DNA from: Planctomycetaceae bacterium
Lineage (GTDB): Bacteria; Planctomycetota; Planctomycetia; Pirellulales; Pirellulaceae
Direction: 5' to 3'
Assembly: GCA_002717145.1 (NCBI GenBank)
Contig: PBCP01000084.1
Location: 21,604-85,603, forward strand
DNA length: 64,000 bases
The position numbers and the translations under genes were made by a program. Shown here piece by piece: positions 48,701 through 56,924 of this stretch. Below the pieces are notes generated by a model, which saw only the letters and a program-made list of their open reading frames with translations, was not told the origin of the DNA and did not search any database. The stretch's first letter is position 1; the number at the start of each line of letters is the position of its first letter.

Positions 48701-48868
48701 GATTCGGTCGCGAATTTCGCCGGCTGCTTTACGCGTGAAAGTCGTAGCTAGTATGGAGGATGGTGGAACACCACTCGCTAGGAGCGAGATATAGCGATTG
48801 GAAAGCTGAAATGTTTTTCCGGTACCCGCGGATGCGCGAATCAGTAGATGGGCAAGTGGAGATGTCAT
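45755..48868 (-). CDS. addA: UvrD-type helicase-nuclease AddA
   Basis: Walker A IRASAGTGKTFQL, then TFTRKAAGEIRDR, LLDEFQDTS, CVGDTKQAIYGWRGG, MTIHSSKGLEFD and VAMTRA. The C-terminal PD-(D/E)XK nuclease block is GFADRIV..DIVDFKTD..YRPQLNAY. Confidence 0.9.
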   Translation of the reverse strand: MTSPLAHLLIRASAGTGKTFQLSNRYISLLASGVPPSSILATTFTRKAAGEIRDRILERLADAVLSPSAEADLKKHLHIPSSITPNSFESCFQTMLAELNRLNIGTLDSFFSVWTSKLALEFGLTPGWSMLSTSEYKNLTYLAIAHLVRYGKNTDLSRLLQLLNKGAVNRSVTENVYESIDKLRSLFLQSTRESWDQPLAPNRLPDSYLNEALDQLGSLVDHFDSNAIQNAIFDDLHLLRTDQYDVAMGKGLLKKIIEREPKYKRVEIPQALVSAYQPILDYLSNYYAHEIHSQSLAIFDLLERFTSSFNQLKRQANRLEFTDTTTFASQISDLPAGIFSRVTTDIDHLLLDEFQDTSLPQWLALSYLVKDVTQSPGGTRRSLFCVGDTKQAIYGWRGGRREILETLSETVSGIETDSLKESYRSSKHVLNFINSVFMNLSNHPRLGDLTSVLAQWTKDFEEHNAALELDGYVSYHNADAGSSTKTRLQACLRETVTRVQSLLDTGKAISIGVLLRKNDHIAELIQLLATEGIIASEEGGNVLTRFSPVVIIKQWLHLLEFPDDTLAYYQIKNSPLSARHPGLDSLDSMSSHVWLAERERLFEVGLGSYLAELSRYLDPYLTDSQSFRLQQLVQHADTFEADNPVRLTEFLQSIDTEAFSEETSASVRVMTIHSSKGLEFDAVILPSLETNLKRTPRVVVSRDSSQLPARIYPYRNAKIQAILPSPFKNATLATATEQLQETLCVLYVAMTRAAHALYLIGPSQVKPPKDPPVTLAGLIQFAIQGNYDATPQSTVFEAGNANWYDTQPNCVDLVDNREVMPMGLNRSSGGVSSLPTASPSSLEGGEHFQATGLMRIPDQNALDYGSLVHQLFEEIIWWEASNCDFYLEQLTQRRIRWNSSLKDMLSQFAAFPDAAKVLTKQFYNDLPTFQGVTDLQVKVELPVTAIVNGNLIRGFADRIVLGISHGKIVAADIVDFKTDNLGEGNTLLSGRVEHYRPQLNAYRETIAQMLKVELSQVTARLLFVTAGVHADLELTDK

Positions 48869-51702
48869 GATGATACCTCCGTGATCTCGATTCCAGGGTG
48901 ATCTAGTGTGGTACGTCCAAGCAACTCGGCATACTGGTCGTATTTTACTGGAATGTCGTCTTTGTTCTCCAAGAATTCACCGTTGTGAATCGCCTTGATG
49001 ACTTGCACGGCAGTTTGGTCCGCGTCGGCTAACAACTCCTCATCCCACGTTGCAAATTTGGCACCGATATCTGTGAGCTCTTTGCCTAAGGTGATATAGC
49101 CTAGGAGTATTGGGGCATCCTGCGTAACCTCTTTGGCAAGGTGTCGATACATGGGGAGCTGTAAATCAGACCAACCCGGAGGTTCGTTTGACTTATGAGA
49201 GGTATCAGGTGACGTAGATGACTCCGAAGTCTTGTAATCGAAAATAGCATAGGTTGCTTTTCCGGGATGATAATCAATTCGGTCGATTCGACCATGGATC
49301 TTATATTCTGGGTGTTCATCTAATATAGTCGCGGAATCATTGGGTCTATATTCGACTTCCTGGATCAACCATCCGTCGGCACGCCATTTCGCTTGCCAAC
49401 TAGCGAACGCCGAAAGTCTAAGGAAGATTTGTTCGAGCTGTAGGCGGACTGTTGGGTAGCTAGTCTGACCGTAATTCCTGCGGAATTCACTAATGGCTGT
49501 ATTTCTCAGGAATTCAAAAATTTCTTTCTCGTCGATGGAATCCTTGTGTGCCGACACCCCGAATTGATCTAGAACTTTATGAACGAAATTGCCAAAAGTT
49601 TGAGGCGATAGCTCCTGCGAATAGTCGTCGACGCTTTTTAAGTGGAGGGCATGGTTGAGGTAATAACGTAAAGGACATTTCAGATAACTTGCCAAAGCTG
49701 TGACGCTAACTGAATTAATTTGAGGTCGGGCCACCCTAACCGTCAGTGGAGAGAGGGATTTGTTGGTGGCGGGATTCTTGAGTCGATAATTGCTCGTGAC
49801 AACTTCACCAATACTAAACTGTTTGACCAGCCGGGCTTGCTGCTCGATAGGTCCGTGAAGTAGCAAGCGGGATATCGCGAGAGGATCCCCCTGGTGTGTC
49901 GTGCGTTTGGAAATTACTGTTAGTTGACGACTGTGCCTTAGTAGTGCCAATGCGTACGCGTCGCGCGCTAAACGCCGTTGATTATTTAACAAACCTAACG
50001 CGATTCTAGTTTGGTCCTGAATAAAAAGCTCTGTGTTCGATGTGGTCGGAATGATCCCCTCGTTCACGCTCGTAAGGATTACGTATGAATGGGTAGACCA
50101 GGGAGCATCCAACCAACCAGAAATTGAAAGACCATCGGGTATCGGAATGGATGGCACAGTAAGCGTAGCGAATGAATCGAGTAGTTGGCTCAAAAATTCG
50201 ACGATCGATACCCCAAGCTCCAATTGATCGTAAGCAGTCGCAAGTTCAATGGATTGGTGGGTGATCGAGGTTATCGCCTTAATTTGGGCCAGATCGGTTT
50301 CGCGATGAAGTGCGATGTCGCCATATACGATCGTAAGGAGTTTGATTAGGGCCTCGTGATGTTCGAGACACGATTCAGTCGTGTGCAAATGTCGGGTCCA
50401 TCGATGCATCGTCTCGACTGCGGAAGCGAGGGCAGGGTACCGTTTTGAATTCGAGCGTATGTTTGTATCATCAAGTGGCAAATGTTGTTCATGATACGAA
50501 GTTAGTTCCCTGAGTACCTCGGTTGGATCATGGTTTGGTAGCACATAGTTGATGACGTCAGGGTGTCGTAATAGGCTTGAAAGGGCTGCGAAATTAGATT
50601 CACCTAAATAATCTCTTATTGTACGGACGAGAAGGACAGGATTAGTCTTTGAAAGAGGGGGGCCGGTAGGGACAGAGGTTTTGATGTGATGGTTGTGGAG
50701 TTGCCTCACGATCTGTTTTTGGTCTTTGGGATCCGGTGTTGCAACAAGGATGTCCGCAGCCCTGACTTTTTCGGGAAAGTCAGTAATGGTGTCCAAGATT
50801 AATTCGCATTGGTGGTTAGGATCACTCGCTAACTTAATTTGTGATATCGGCAAGGCCGGAATACTGGCATCCCACATTTCCGGTATGAGACAGCCGACGT
50901 CATCAAAGCGTTGGGCGAATTCTGGAGGTGAGAATACGATGAACTCAGTCTGGGCCGAGATGGCCGCCAAGAATCCACGTAGAGTTGCAGATAAATCCGA
51001 ACAGCCTGCAATCACAAACTGCCGGGAAGGTTCGGCGGAAATTTCCTCGTTTCGTAGAGCGATGACACGTGCGGTTTGTAGGTCCCAAACCTGATGGTGA
51101 TCTAAGAGTGATAAATAAGCATCCTGGATTAACTTCAGTTCCTGCCAGCGACGAATCTCGTAAGGCCGATTTTCTTTCTTGCAATAATCAACCAAATCCG
51201 TAAAAGTGAGGCCTTCGCCGGAAAGTTCACGATGAACAGCGGCTACGGATTCAGCAATTTTCTGCCATGCGTGTTGGTTTTGTGCCGCCGGCAATATTGG
51301 AAGGAGTGTTTGTAAGCCATTGCTATTAGCAACTTCTTTAATAGCACGGACCCATGCGAGTTGTTGGAAGCTCTCGCTAGCCGCCGACTTATGAGGATAT
51401 AGCTGTTCAGGTAATCCGCCGATGGTGATGAGTTCCGGTGGCAGGAAAGCCTGATTGCGGGAAGTTGTTTCTTCAATGATTGCCTGTTGAAGGTGTTTGA
51501 CCCCACTCGCGGATGGCAAAACAATGGTAACAGCTGAAAGGTCAAGAATGTTATCAGGACCTGAGTGTTCCAAGAGCCAGTTGCACAATAACTTGACGGG
51601 GGGAGCATGCCACCCTAGGAAAGTCGTTTGCGTTGTCACTATGAGCCTTGTGTTGACGAATGAGAGGATGGTGTTGCAATATTGTAGCAAATAGAGCAAC
51701 AC
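48865..51702 (-). CDS. addB: AddB-like PD-(D/E)XK nuclease subunit
   Basis: Its stop overlaps the addA start by 4 nt. LKCPLRYYL and GRIDRIDYHPGKATYAIFDYKTSE form the nuclease core. There is no Walker A and no C-terminal Cys cluster. The start is uncertain: TTG 51702, or GTG 51639 with AAGG upstream. Confidence 0.8.
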   Translation of the reverse strand: MLLYLLQYCNTILSFVNTRLIVTTQTTFLGWHAPPVKLLCNWLLEHSGPDNILDLSAVTIVLPSASGVKHLQQAIIEETTSRNQAFLPPELITIGGLPEQLYPHKSAASESFQQLAWVRAIKEVANSNGLQTLLPILPAAQNQHAWQKIAESVAAVHRELSGEGLTFTDLVDYCKKENRPYEIRRWQELKLIQDAYLSLLDHHQVWDLQTARVIALRNEEISAEPSRQFVIAGCSDLSATLRGFLAAISAQTEFIVFSPPEFAQRFDDVGCLIPEMWDASIPALPISQIKLASDPNHQCELILDTITDFPEKVRAADILVATPDPKDQKQIVRQLHNHHIKTSVPTGPPLSKTNPVLLVRTIRDYLGESNFAALSSLLRHPDVINYVLPNHDPTEVLRELTSYHEQHLPLDDTNIRSNSKRYPALASAVETMHRWTRHLHTTESCLEHHEALIKLLTIVYGDIALHRETDLAQIKAITSITHQSIELATAYDQLELGVSIVEFLSQLLDSFATLTVPSIPIPDGLSISGWLDAPWSTHSYVILTSVNEGIIPTTSNTELFIQDQTRIALGLLNNQRRLARDAYALALLRHSRQLTVISKRTTHQGDPLAISRLLLHGPIEQQARLVKQFSIGEVVTSNYRLKNPATNKSLSPLTVRVARPQINSVSVTALASYLKCPLRYYLNHALHLKSVDDYSQELSPQTFGNFVHKVLDQFGVSAHKDSIDEKEIFEFLRNTAISEFRRNYGQTSYPTVRLQLEQIFLRLSAFASWQAKWRADGWLIQEVEYRPNDSATILDEHPEYKIHGRIDRIDYHPGKATYAIFDYKTSESSTSPDTSHKSNEPPGWSDLQLPMYRHLAKEVTQDAPILLGYITLGKELTDIGAKFATWDEELLADADQTAVQVIKAIHNGEFLENKDDIPVKYDQYAELLGRTTLDHPGIEITEVSS

Positions 51703-51729
51703 TGAATCAAAACGTTACGCTGCAATGAT

Positions 51730-52209
51730 TCAGCAGAACTCTTTTAGCTGTTGTAAAGCGGTCTTATATTTTGATGTGCCAGTAAATCGAAATCGTCGCT
51801 CTGTTTCGGAAATTACGTCTATTGTGAGCGAAACGTAATCTCTGGGAAGCATTTCGTAGAATTTCTCAGCCCATTCGATAAATACATATCCGTCAGAAAG
51901 AAACATTTCGTCGATTCCAAGTTCAAAGAACTCGTCATCAGTCTTAATTCGATAAGCATCGAGATGGTATATGTGTTTGGCCACCGCGTATTGGTTACAG
52001 ATAACGAATGTAGGACTGGTCACCTGCTCTGGGTTCGCACCGAGGGCGACTGCGACACCCTGCACAAAACGAGTTTTTCCAGCGCCCAAAGTGCCTGTGA
52101 GTGCGACGGTGGTATTACCTGGAATAAGGCGAACGAACGCTGATGCGATAAGATCGGTTTGAGACTCAGACCCGGTTTCGATCGTTACGGTGATTGGATT
52201 AGTGCTCAT
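51730..52209 (-). CDS. tsaE: tRNA t6A biosynthesis ATPase TsaE
   Basis: TGTLGAGKTRFVQG P-loop, SPTFVICNQY, HLDAYRI and IEWAE. Confidence 0.9.
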   Translation of the reverse strand: MSTNPITVTIETGSESQTDLIASAFVRLIPGNTTVALTGTLGAGKTRFVQGVAVALGANPEQVTSPTFVICNQYAVAKHIYHLDAYRIKTDDEFFELGIDEMFLSDGYVFIEWAEKFYEMLPRDYVSLTIDVISETERRFRFTGTSKYKTALQQLKEFC

Positions 52210-53125
52210 AGCCGGTTACGCTTAATATTTCCCGATCTTGATTCCCGCGTTGAAGTGAAATCTGATTACTCTTGTCCACAAGGCCGATTTCATAAATAGC
52301 TCTTGGAAAAGCGATCGTCAAGTCCCTGATGTCGGTGGCTGATTCTACAGTAAACAGCAATTCGAAATCCTCGCCGTCATAAAGGGCGTGTTTAAGGTCA
52401 GACGCAGCATCCCCGCTAGGCTCCCTGCAGGGAATAGAATTAGCGTAGAGTACGGCACCAAGGTCACCCGGCAAAATTGAATGCAGATCAATAACAAGCC
52501 CGTCGGTAACGTCTGTTAAGGCGTGAACTTGTTTTGACGATGCGAGAATGGCTCCTTCAACCAGGCAAGGCATAAAATTTAGGTGATGTCCCAATATGCT
52601 TTTCCCCAGCGGACCAGTAATGCAAATGCGATCTCCGGGTTGACTCGTGAATCTATATTTCGTCTGAGAGGAGACCGTTTGTCCGATCGCTGTAGCGCTA
52701 ATTGTAAGAGGGCCCGAATGAGTGTTAAAGTCGCCGCCTATAATGAGTGTATCTGTTTGAGACGCTAAGTCCAAAATACCCTCATAAAGACGCTGAAGTT
52801 CATGCAGTTGGAACGTGTCGGGAACGACAAGCGAGATCACCGCATACTTGGGCTTAGCACCCATCGCTGCTAAGTCACTCAAATTTACAGCCAGCGATTT
52901 CCAACCAATTTGCTCGAGTGTATGTACGCGGAGATCGAAATGTACGAGATCTACGAGCGCATCCGTTGTAATTAGTGGGGTACAGTTCGAGTCAAACTGC
53001 ATCGTTGCGCAATCATCTCCGATACCTGACTGCGTCATCGTCTGTAATTGCAGCTTGTGTGTTAACCAAGTCAGAAAATCAGATTCCATCGACGTGCTGT
53101 AACTAAAGAGAGTACGGTAATCCAT
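52199..53125 (-). CDS. thiL: Thiamine-monophosphate kinase
   Basis: GIGDDCA, ITTDALVDLVHF, GWKSLAVNLSDLAAMGA, IIGGD and TDVTDGL. The true start may be ATG 53089 (MESDFLTWL). It overlaps tsaE by 11 nt. Confidence 0.88.
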   Translation of the reverse strand: MDYRTLFSYSTSMESDFLTWLTHKLQLQTMTQSGIGDDCATMQFDSNCTPLITTDALVDLVHFDLRVHTLEQIGWKSLAVNLSDLAAMGAKPKYAVISLVVPDTFQLHELQRLYEGILDLASQTDTLIIGGDFNTHSGPLTISATAIGQTVSSQTKYRFTSQPGDRICITGPLGKSILGHHLNFMPCLVEGAILASSKQVHALTDVTDGLVIDLHSILPGDLGAVLYANSIPCREPSGDAASDLKHALYDGEDFELLFTVESATDIRDLTIAFPRAIYEIGLVDKSNQISLQRGNQDREILSVTGYEH

Positions 53126-53169
53126 AGACTATTTTACCGACTGTTGGCGAACCGGTAAAAGAGGTGGCT

Positions 53170-54567
53170 TCACTGCTTGAAGAACTCGCCGAAGAAAAAA
53201 TCGGTTTCCCGATAAATGTAAAATGTAACAGGCCGGCGACTGGCGACGACTTCGCTGTTAAGAATGTATTCCAGATTGTCGAGGGTTAACGTTTCCCACT
53301 TATGAATTGCCAGTAGCACGTCGCCAGCACGGATGCCTTGTTGACTCGCAGGCCCGGAATTACGCACTTGCAAAACCTTAAGTCCACCGGCGTATTTGTT
53401 TTTGCCAGGCAGGTTACGGAACGTCACTGGTAATACACGTATTCCCAGTTCACTCCAAGCTCGATTGCTTGCAAGAGTTTCCTCTCCGAGATCGGAATCC
53501 GGTCCAAACATTAGGCTATGTTCAGCACCTTCACGCAAGACTGTGAGCGATGTGGATGAGAATCCGTTTTCCAGCAAATTGATGTAAAATTGGCTGGCCC
53601 AATTGATTGGGGTTTCGCCGTAACTAAGAATACGGTCATTGGGTTTGATGCCAGCGGATTCGGCAAGGCCGCCGCGTTGAATACTTTCGACAGTGACATG
53701 CGTTTTGCGATTCTCGATTTTAGTGGTTATGTCGATTCCGGCAATCAGCCGCTTTTCCACAGCATCCCGTAGAATTCTATTGACAACCTTCATGGCACGG
53801 TCCATCGGGATTGCAAATCCGATAGCCTGAGCACCAACACGGACAGCAACGTTGATCCCTATCGCTTCGCCGTGGATATTAATTAGTGGTCCGCCGGAAT
53901 TTCCGGGATTGATACTCGCATCTGTTTGGATTAAATCCTGATACACTTGCTCCTCAGTAACTTGGACCTGTCTCTGTAAACAACTGATGATCCCTCTGGT
54001 TATCGTATCCTCGTATCCATAAGCATTGCCAATCGCGATCACTGTTTCACCGAGCATTAAATCCGATGAGGTTGCCAGAGGGATGACTGGTAGAGGAAAT
54101 TCAGCCTCGATTTTGATAACCGCAAGATCGGTTGCTGAATCGACAGCTACTATTTGAGCAGCAAACTCCTTGGTTTCTACATCGGCGATTCTACTCAATC
54201 TGACCTGGATGCGATCAATACCTGCTATCACATGGTGATTCGTAAGTACATAACCGCGGGAATCGATGATTAGGCCTGTACCCATGCCGTTGACTTCACT
54301 GTCATTTCCATCAACGAGTTGTTGAGGCTGATTAGCTGGTTTACGACCACTGATGTTTACAACAGCCGGAGCGGTGCGTTGAATTGCCTTGACGACAGGT
54401 GATACGCGTGTTTGCACTGCCGCTGTTTCCTGCCCGTAGACGGCCTGGCAAGAAAGAGACGCTAGCAACAATGTGCCAACCACAAAAACAGAAGAAAGGC
54501 GTGTCACAGCGAAAACAGTTACCGGTCCAAGAGGCCATACAATCGTCAATAACTGTATTTTCGGCAT
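53170..54567 (-). CDS. HtrA/DegP-family serine protease with PDZ domains
   Basis: N-terminal membrane anchor. Catalytic blocks are VLTNHHV, DLAVIKI and TDASINPGNSGGPLINIHGEAIGIN. Two PDZ-like segments are GLAESAGIKPNDRIL and ASQQGIRAGDVLLAI. Confidence 0.9.
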   Translation of the reverse strand: MPKIQLLTIVWPLGPVTVFAVTRLSSVFVVGTLLLASLSCQAVYGQETAAVQTRVSPVVKAIQRTAPAVVNISGRKPANQPQQLVDGNDSEVNGMGTGLIIDSRGYVLTNHHVIAGIDRIQVRLSRIADVETKEFAAQIVAVDSATDLAVIKIEAEFPLPVIPLATSSDLMLGETVIAIGNAYGYEDTITRGIISCLQRQVQVTEEQVYQDLIQTDASINPGNSGGPLINIHGEAIGINVAVRVGAQAIGFAIPMDRAMKVVNRILRDAVEKRLIAGIDITTKIENRKTHVTVESIQRGGLAESAGIKPNDRILSYGETPINWASQFYINLLENGFSSTSLTVLREGAEHSLMFGPDSDLGEETLASNRAWSELGIRVLPVTFRNLPGKNKYAGGLKVLQVRNSGPASQQGIRAGDVLLAIHKWETLTLDNLEYILNSEVVASRRPVTFYIYRETDFFFGEFFKQ

Positions 54568-54610
54568 CTCGGGACGTGCTATCCATCACAGCAATACATG
54601 CCGTTAAAGT

Positions 54611-55684
54611 CTACCCATCTTTACTGTGTGTCCCAGGTTGACGTTCGGTTCTTATTACGAATTTTAAGAATTGGAAGGAGAGAAACAGGCAAAGCGGATA
54701 GACCGGCCACAGGCGTAACCAGAGTGGCCAACGCGGTGATACTCTTGAGTTACCGCTTTCGAGGGCTGTGATGTGGACGTCTCTAGTCTCTGAAATCTGC
54801 CCGATATCTAACACTGCCAAAGCCGTAATCGTAAACAAGGCTAGAAGCAAGATAAAACAGCCTGCAGTCGACATCACTCCCTTAAAAGCGTCCCCTTCCG
54901 TAGGATTGCCGTCAAAAATTTCGATGCGGCGCCCCTTCTTTAGCGATAAACTGATCATTTCAGCGGCCTCACGAGTTTTGGCATACCGGACCCACGTGCC
55001 GTCTGTGTCGTCAGTATCCGCCAGTAGTCCTAAAGTTTTCATGAACCGGTCTTGCCCAACAAGTGATCTGGAGAAATCGATCTGGTGTTGATTTTGACGA
55101 AAACTAGAGTCAATTTTCGGTGTTCCTGCGCCCCAGTTGAGGACACAACCGCTTTCAAATTCAACGTTGACCGTCAGGTTTCTTAAATCATCGTTAACCC
55201 GAGAGCCCATTGCGAAGACATAATGGACGGCACCAAGGGAATGTTGAAGGTAGAGTAAATCATAGGTCAGATAATTATAAATGTCTTTCATTTCAGTGCC
55301 GTCCATACGGACCTGAGCCTGTAGTGTTGTATTTTCAAAGACTTCTTGACAGGCAAGAGGTAGAACTGCGGAGAGTCGACCACCGGCATCAACTCGCACC
55401 ATCTCCAATTCATATGCAAACAGACTGTCCGCATCTGGCGTTGGAATGGCAACGGGGATCTGATTTTGAATGAGGATGCGTAGAATATTCTGATTTGGTT
55501 CGGTGGATTGAGTAATCGCAAATACGACAACATCTACCTCATCGTTTGCGAGTACGGACTCCCAGTCGCCGGCTAACGGGTCCTCAAAATGTTCAACGAT
55601 TCGAGTCTTCTCGTCCGCCAGTACTTCCTGAAACAATTCGTTGGTTGGTCCAAACCAACCCAGTCGAATCTTTTTTTCGCTCAT
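54611..55684 (-). CDS. Membrane-anchored hypothetical protein with Gfo/Idh/MocA-like outline
   Basis: I placed the start at ATG 55684, 13 nt after the SDR stop (MSEKKIRLGWFGP). It has a Rossmann-like N-terminal pattern without a GxGxxG motif. The C-terminal TM helices are AGCFILLLALFTITALAVL and LWLRLWPVYPLCLFLSFQFL. Confidence 0.6.
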   Translation of the reverse strand: MSEKKIRLGWFGPTNELFQEVLADEKTRIVEHFEDPLAGDWESVLANDEVDVVVFAITQSTEPNQNILRILIQNQIPVAIPTPDADSLFAYELEMVRVDAGGRLSAVLPLACQEVFENTTLQAQVRMDGTEMKDIYNYLTYDLLYLQHSLGAVHYVFAMGSRVNDDLRNLTVNVEFESGCVLNWGAGTPKIDSSFRQNQHQIDFSRSLVGQDRFMKTLGLLADTDDTDGTWVRYAKTREAAEMISLSLKKGRRIEIFDGNPTEGDAFKGVMSTAGCFILLLALFTITALAVLDIGQISETRDVHITALESGNSRVSPRWPLWLRLWPVYPLCLFLSFQFLKFVIRTERQPGTHSKDG

Positions 55685-55697
55685 TTTGTAGGGGATC

Positions 55698-56471
55698 CTA
55701 AAGCCGTCGTATATGAAAGCCGCCATCAACATTGAGTCTCTCGCCCGTGGTAAAAGTCAGGCGACCGGAGGCAAGTATCTCAACGGCGGTGGCAACGTCT
55801 TCTCCGGTTCCCCACCGTCGAATCGGCGATAACCCTTCATCGATGAGCTTGTTGTACTTTTCCTTAACGGGTGCAGTCATGTCGCTTGCAATCACGCCTG
55901 GACATATTTCATAAACCAAGATGCCATCGTCTGCTAAGCGGGTGGCAAACAGCTTTGTCATCACTTCGAGTCCGGCTTTAGCAATACAGTAGTCAGCGCG
56001 GTTCTCGGAAATGGCGTATGCGGAGATTGAGCTCATGTTGATAATGATATTAGGATGTAGCGCGGGTTGATTCATCATCTGTTGCGCTACCATTTGTGAA
56101 ATAAAGAATGGGCCTTTGAGATTAGTGTCAAATACTTTATCCCAGGACTCTTCGGTGGCTTTGAGAAGATCGAGTCTTCCTTGTGACGTGATTCCGGCGT
56201 TATTTACCAAAACATCAATTCGGCCATAGTTCTCAATGGTTTCATCTATGAGCCTACTTCGACCCGCGTGCGCAGAGACGTCTGCGCGGACAGCAATCGC
56301 GCGGGGGCCTTGTGTGTTAAGTTCCTCCACGAGAGTTAAGGCGGCTTGTTCGCTGTGTAGGTAGTTTACGGCCACATGGTACCCGATCTCACAAAGTCGG
56401 CGAGCAATCGCAGCTCCGATTCCCCGAGAGCTGCCGGTGACAAGTGCGACAGGTGTGTGTTGGTCAGCCAT
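55698..56471 (-). CDS. Classical SDR oxidoreductase (FabG-like)
   Basis: LVTGSSRGIGAAIA, NNAG, a catalytic MSSIS..YCIAKAG and a terminal NVDGG. I placed the start at ATG 56471; the ORF-track start at 56486 is a TTG. Confidence 0.9.
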   Translation of the reverse strand: MADQHTPVALVTGSSRGIGAAIARRLCEIGYHVAVNYLHSEQAALTLVEELNTQGPRAIAVRADVSAHAGRSRLIDETIENYGRIDVLVNNAGITSQGRLDLLKATEESWDKVFDTNLKGPFFISQMVAQQMMNQPALHPNIIINMSSISAYAISENRADYCIAKAGLEVMTKLFATRLADDGILVYEICPGVIASDMTAPVKEKYNKLIDEGLSPIRRWGTGEDVATAVEILASGRLTFTTGERLNVDGGFHIRRL

Positions 56472-56517
56472 GTGAAATCCAGACAACAGTTAAGTAGTAA
56501 CAGAGTCTATTATAATG

Positions 56518-56916
56518 CTAAGCTGAGGTGCGTAAATGATGGCGATAAGCAGTTGGAATGACCAGTGACCGTCCGGAGATCAGTTGCGAAATTAACGGGT
56601 AGGCGGCCCCATTAATGATCTCCATCGATGGAACGGTGATCGTGAAACCACCCGCCAGAGGTGGTAGGGCATCGTTACAAATGACTCCGTTTGCACCACT
56701 CTCATAGGCCTTGGCAGCCTTGTTTAGAAGGGTATGTGAGGTACCGGCGTGGAGATAGGTGGCTCCATTTTGGCATAAGTCGGGGTCTAGGCTAATTTGA
56801 TTGATTAGCGTATGTTGGCCTAGCAGTGGAGGAATCTTGGCCAGGCTCAGGCGTCCTCCCAGCCTCTCAGCTAGGCATAAACAGTCAATTTCGTATGGAG
56901 TACGTGGGATAACCAT
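56518..56916 (-). CDS. Stand-alone Mur-ligase N-terminal-domain-like protein (MurF-N-like)
   Basis: 132-aa ORF 8 nt after the MurE-like gene. LAERLGGRL..INQISLDPDLCQNGATYLH..AYESGANGVICND follows the pattern of a MurF/MurE N-domain and then ends. The family call is tentative. Confidence 0.5.
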   Translation of the reverse strand: MVIPRTPYEIDCLCLAERLGGRLSLAKIPPLLGQHTLINQISLDPDLCQNGATYLHAGTSHTLLNKAAKAYESGANGVICNDALPPLAGGFTITVPSMEIINGAAYPLISQLISGRSLVIPTAYRHHLRTSA

Positions 56917-56924
56917 TTTAACGA

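Noticed and set aside
45755-51702. The large helicase-nuclease pair as a novel defence nuclease system.
   Set aside because: The motif content and gene order fit AddAB recombination repair, and the pair is linked to core genes (tsaE, thiL, htrA).
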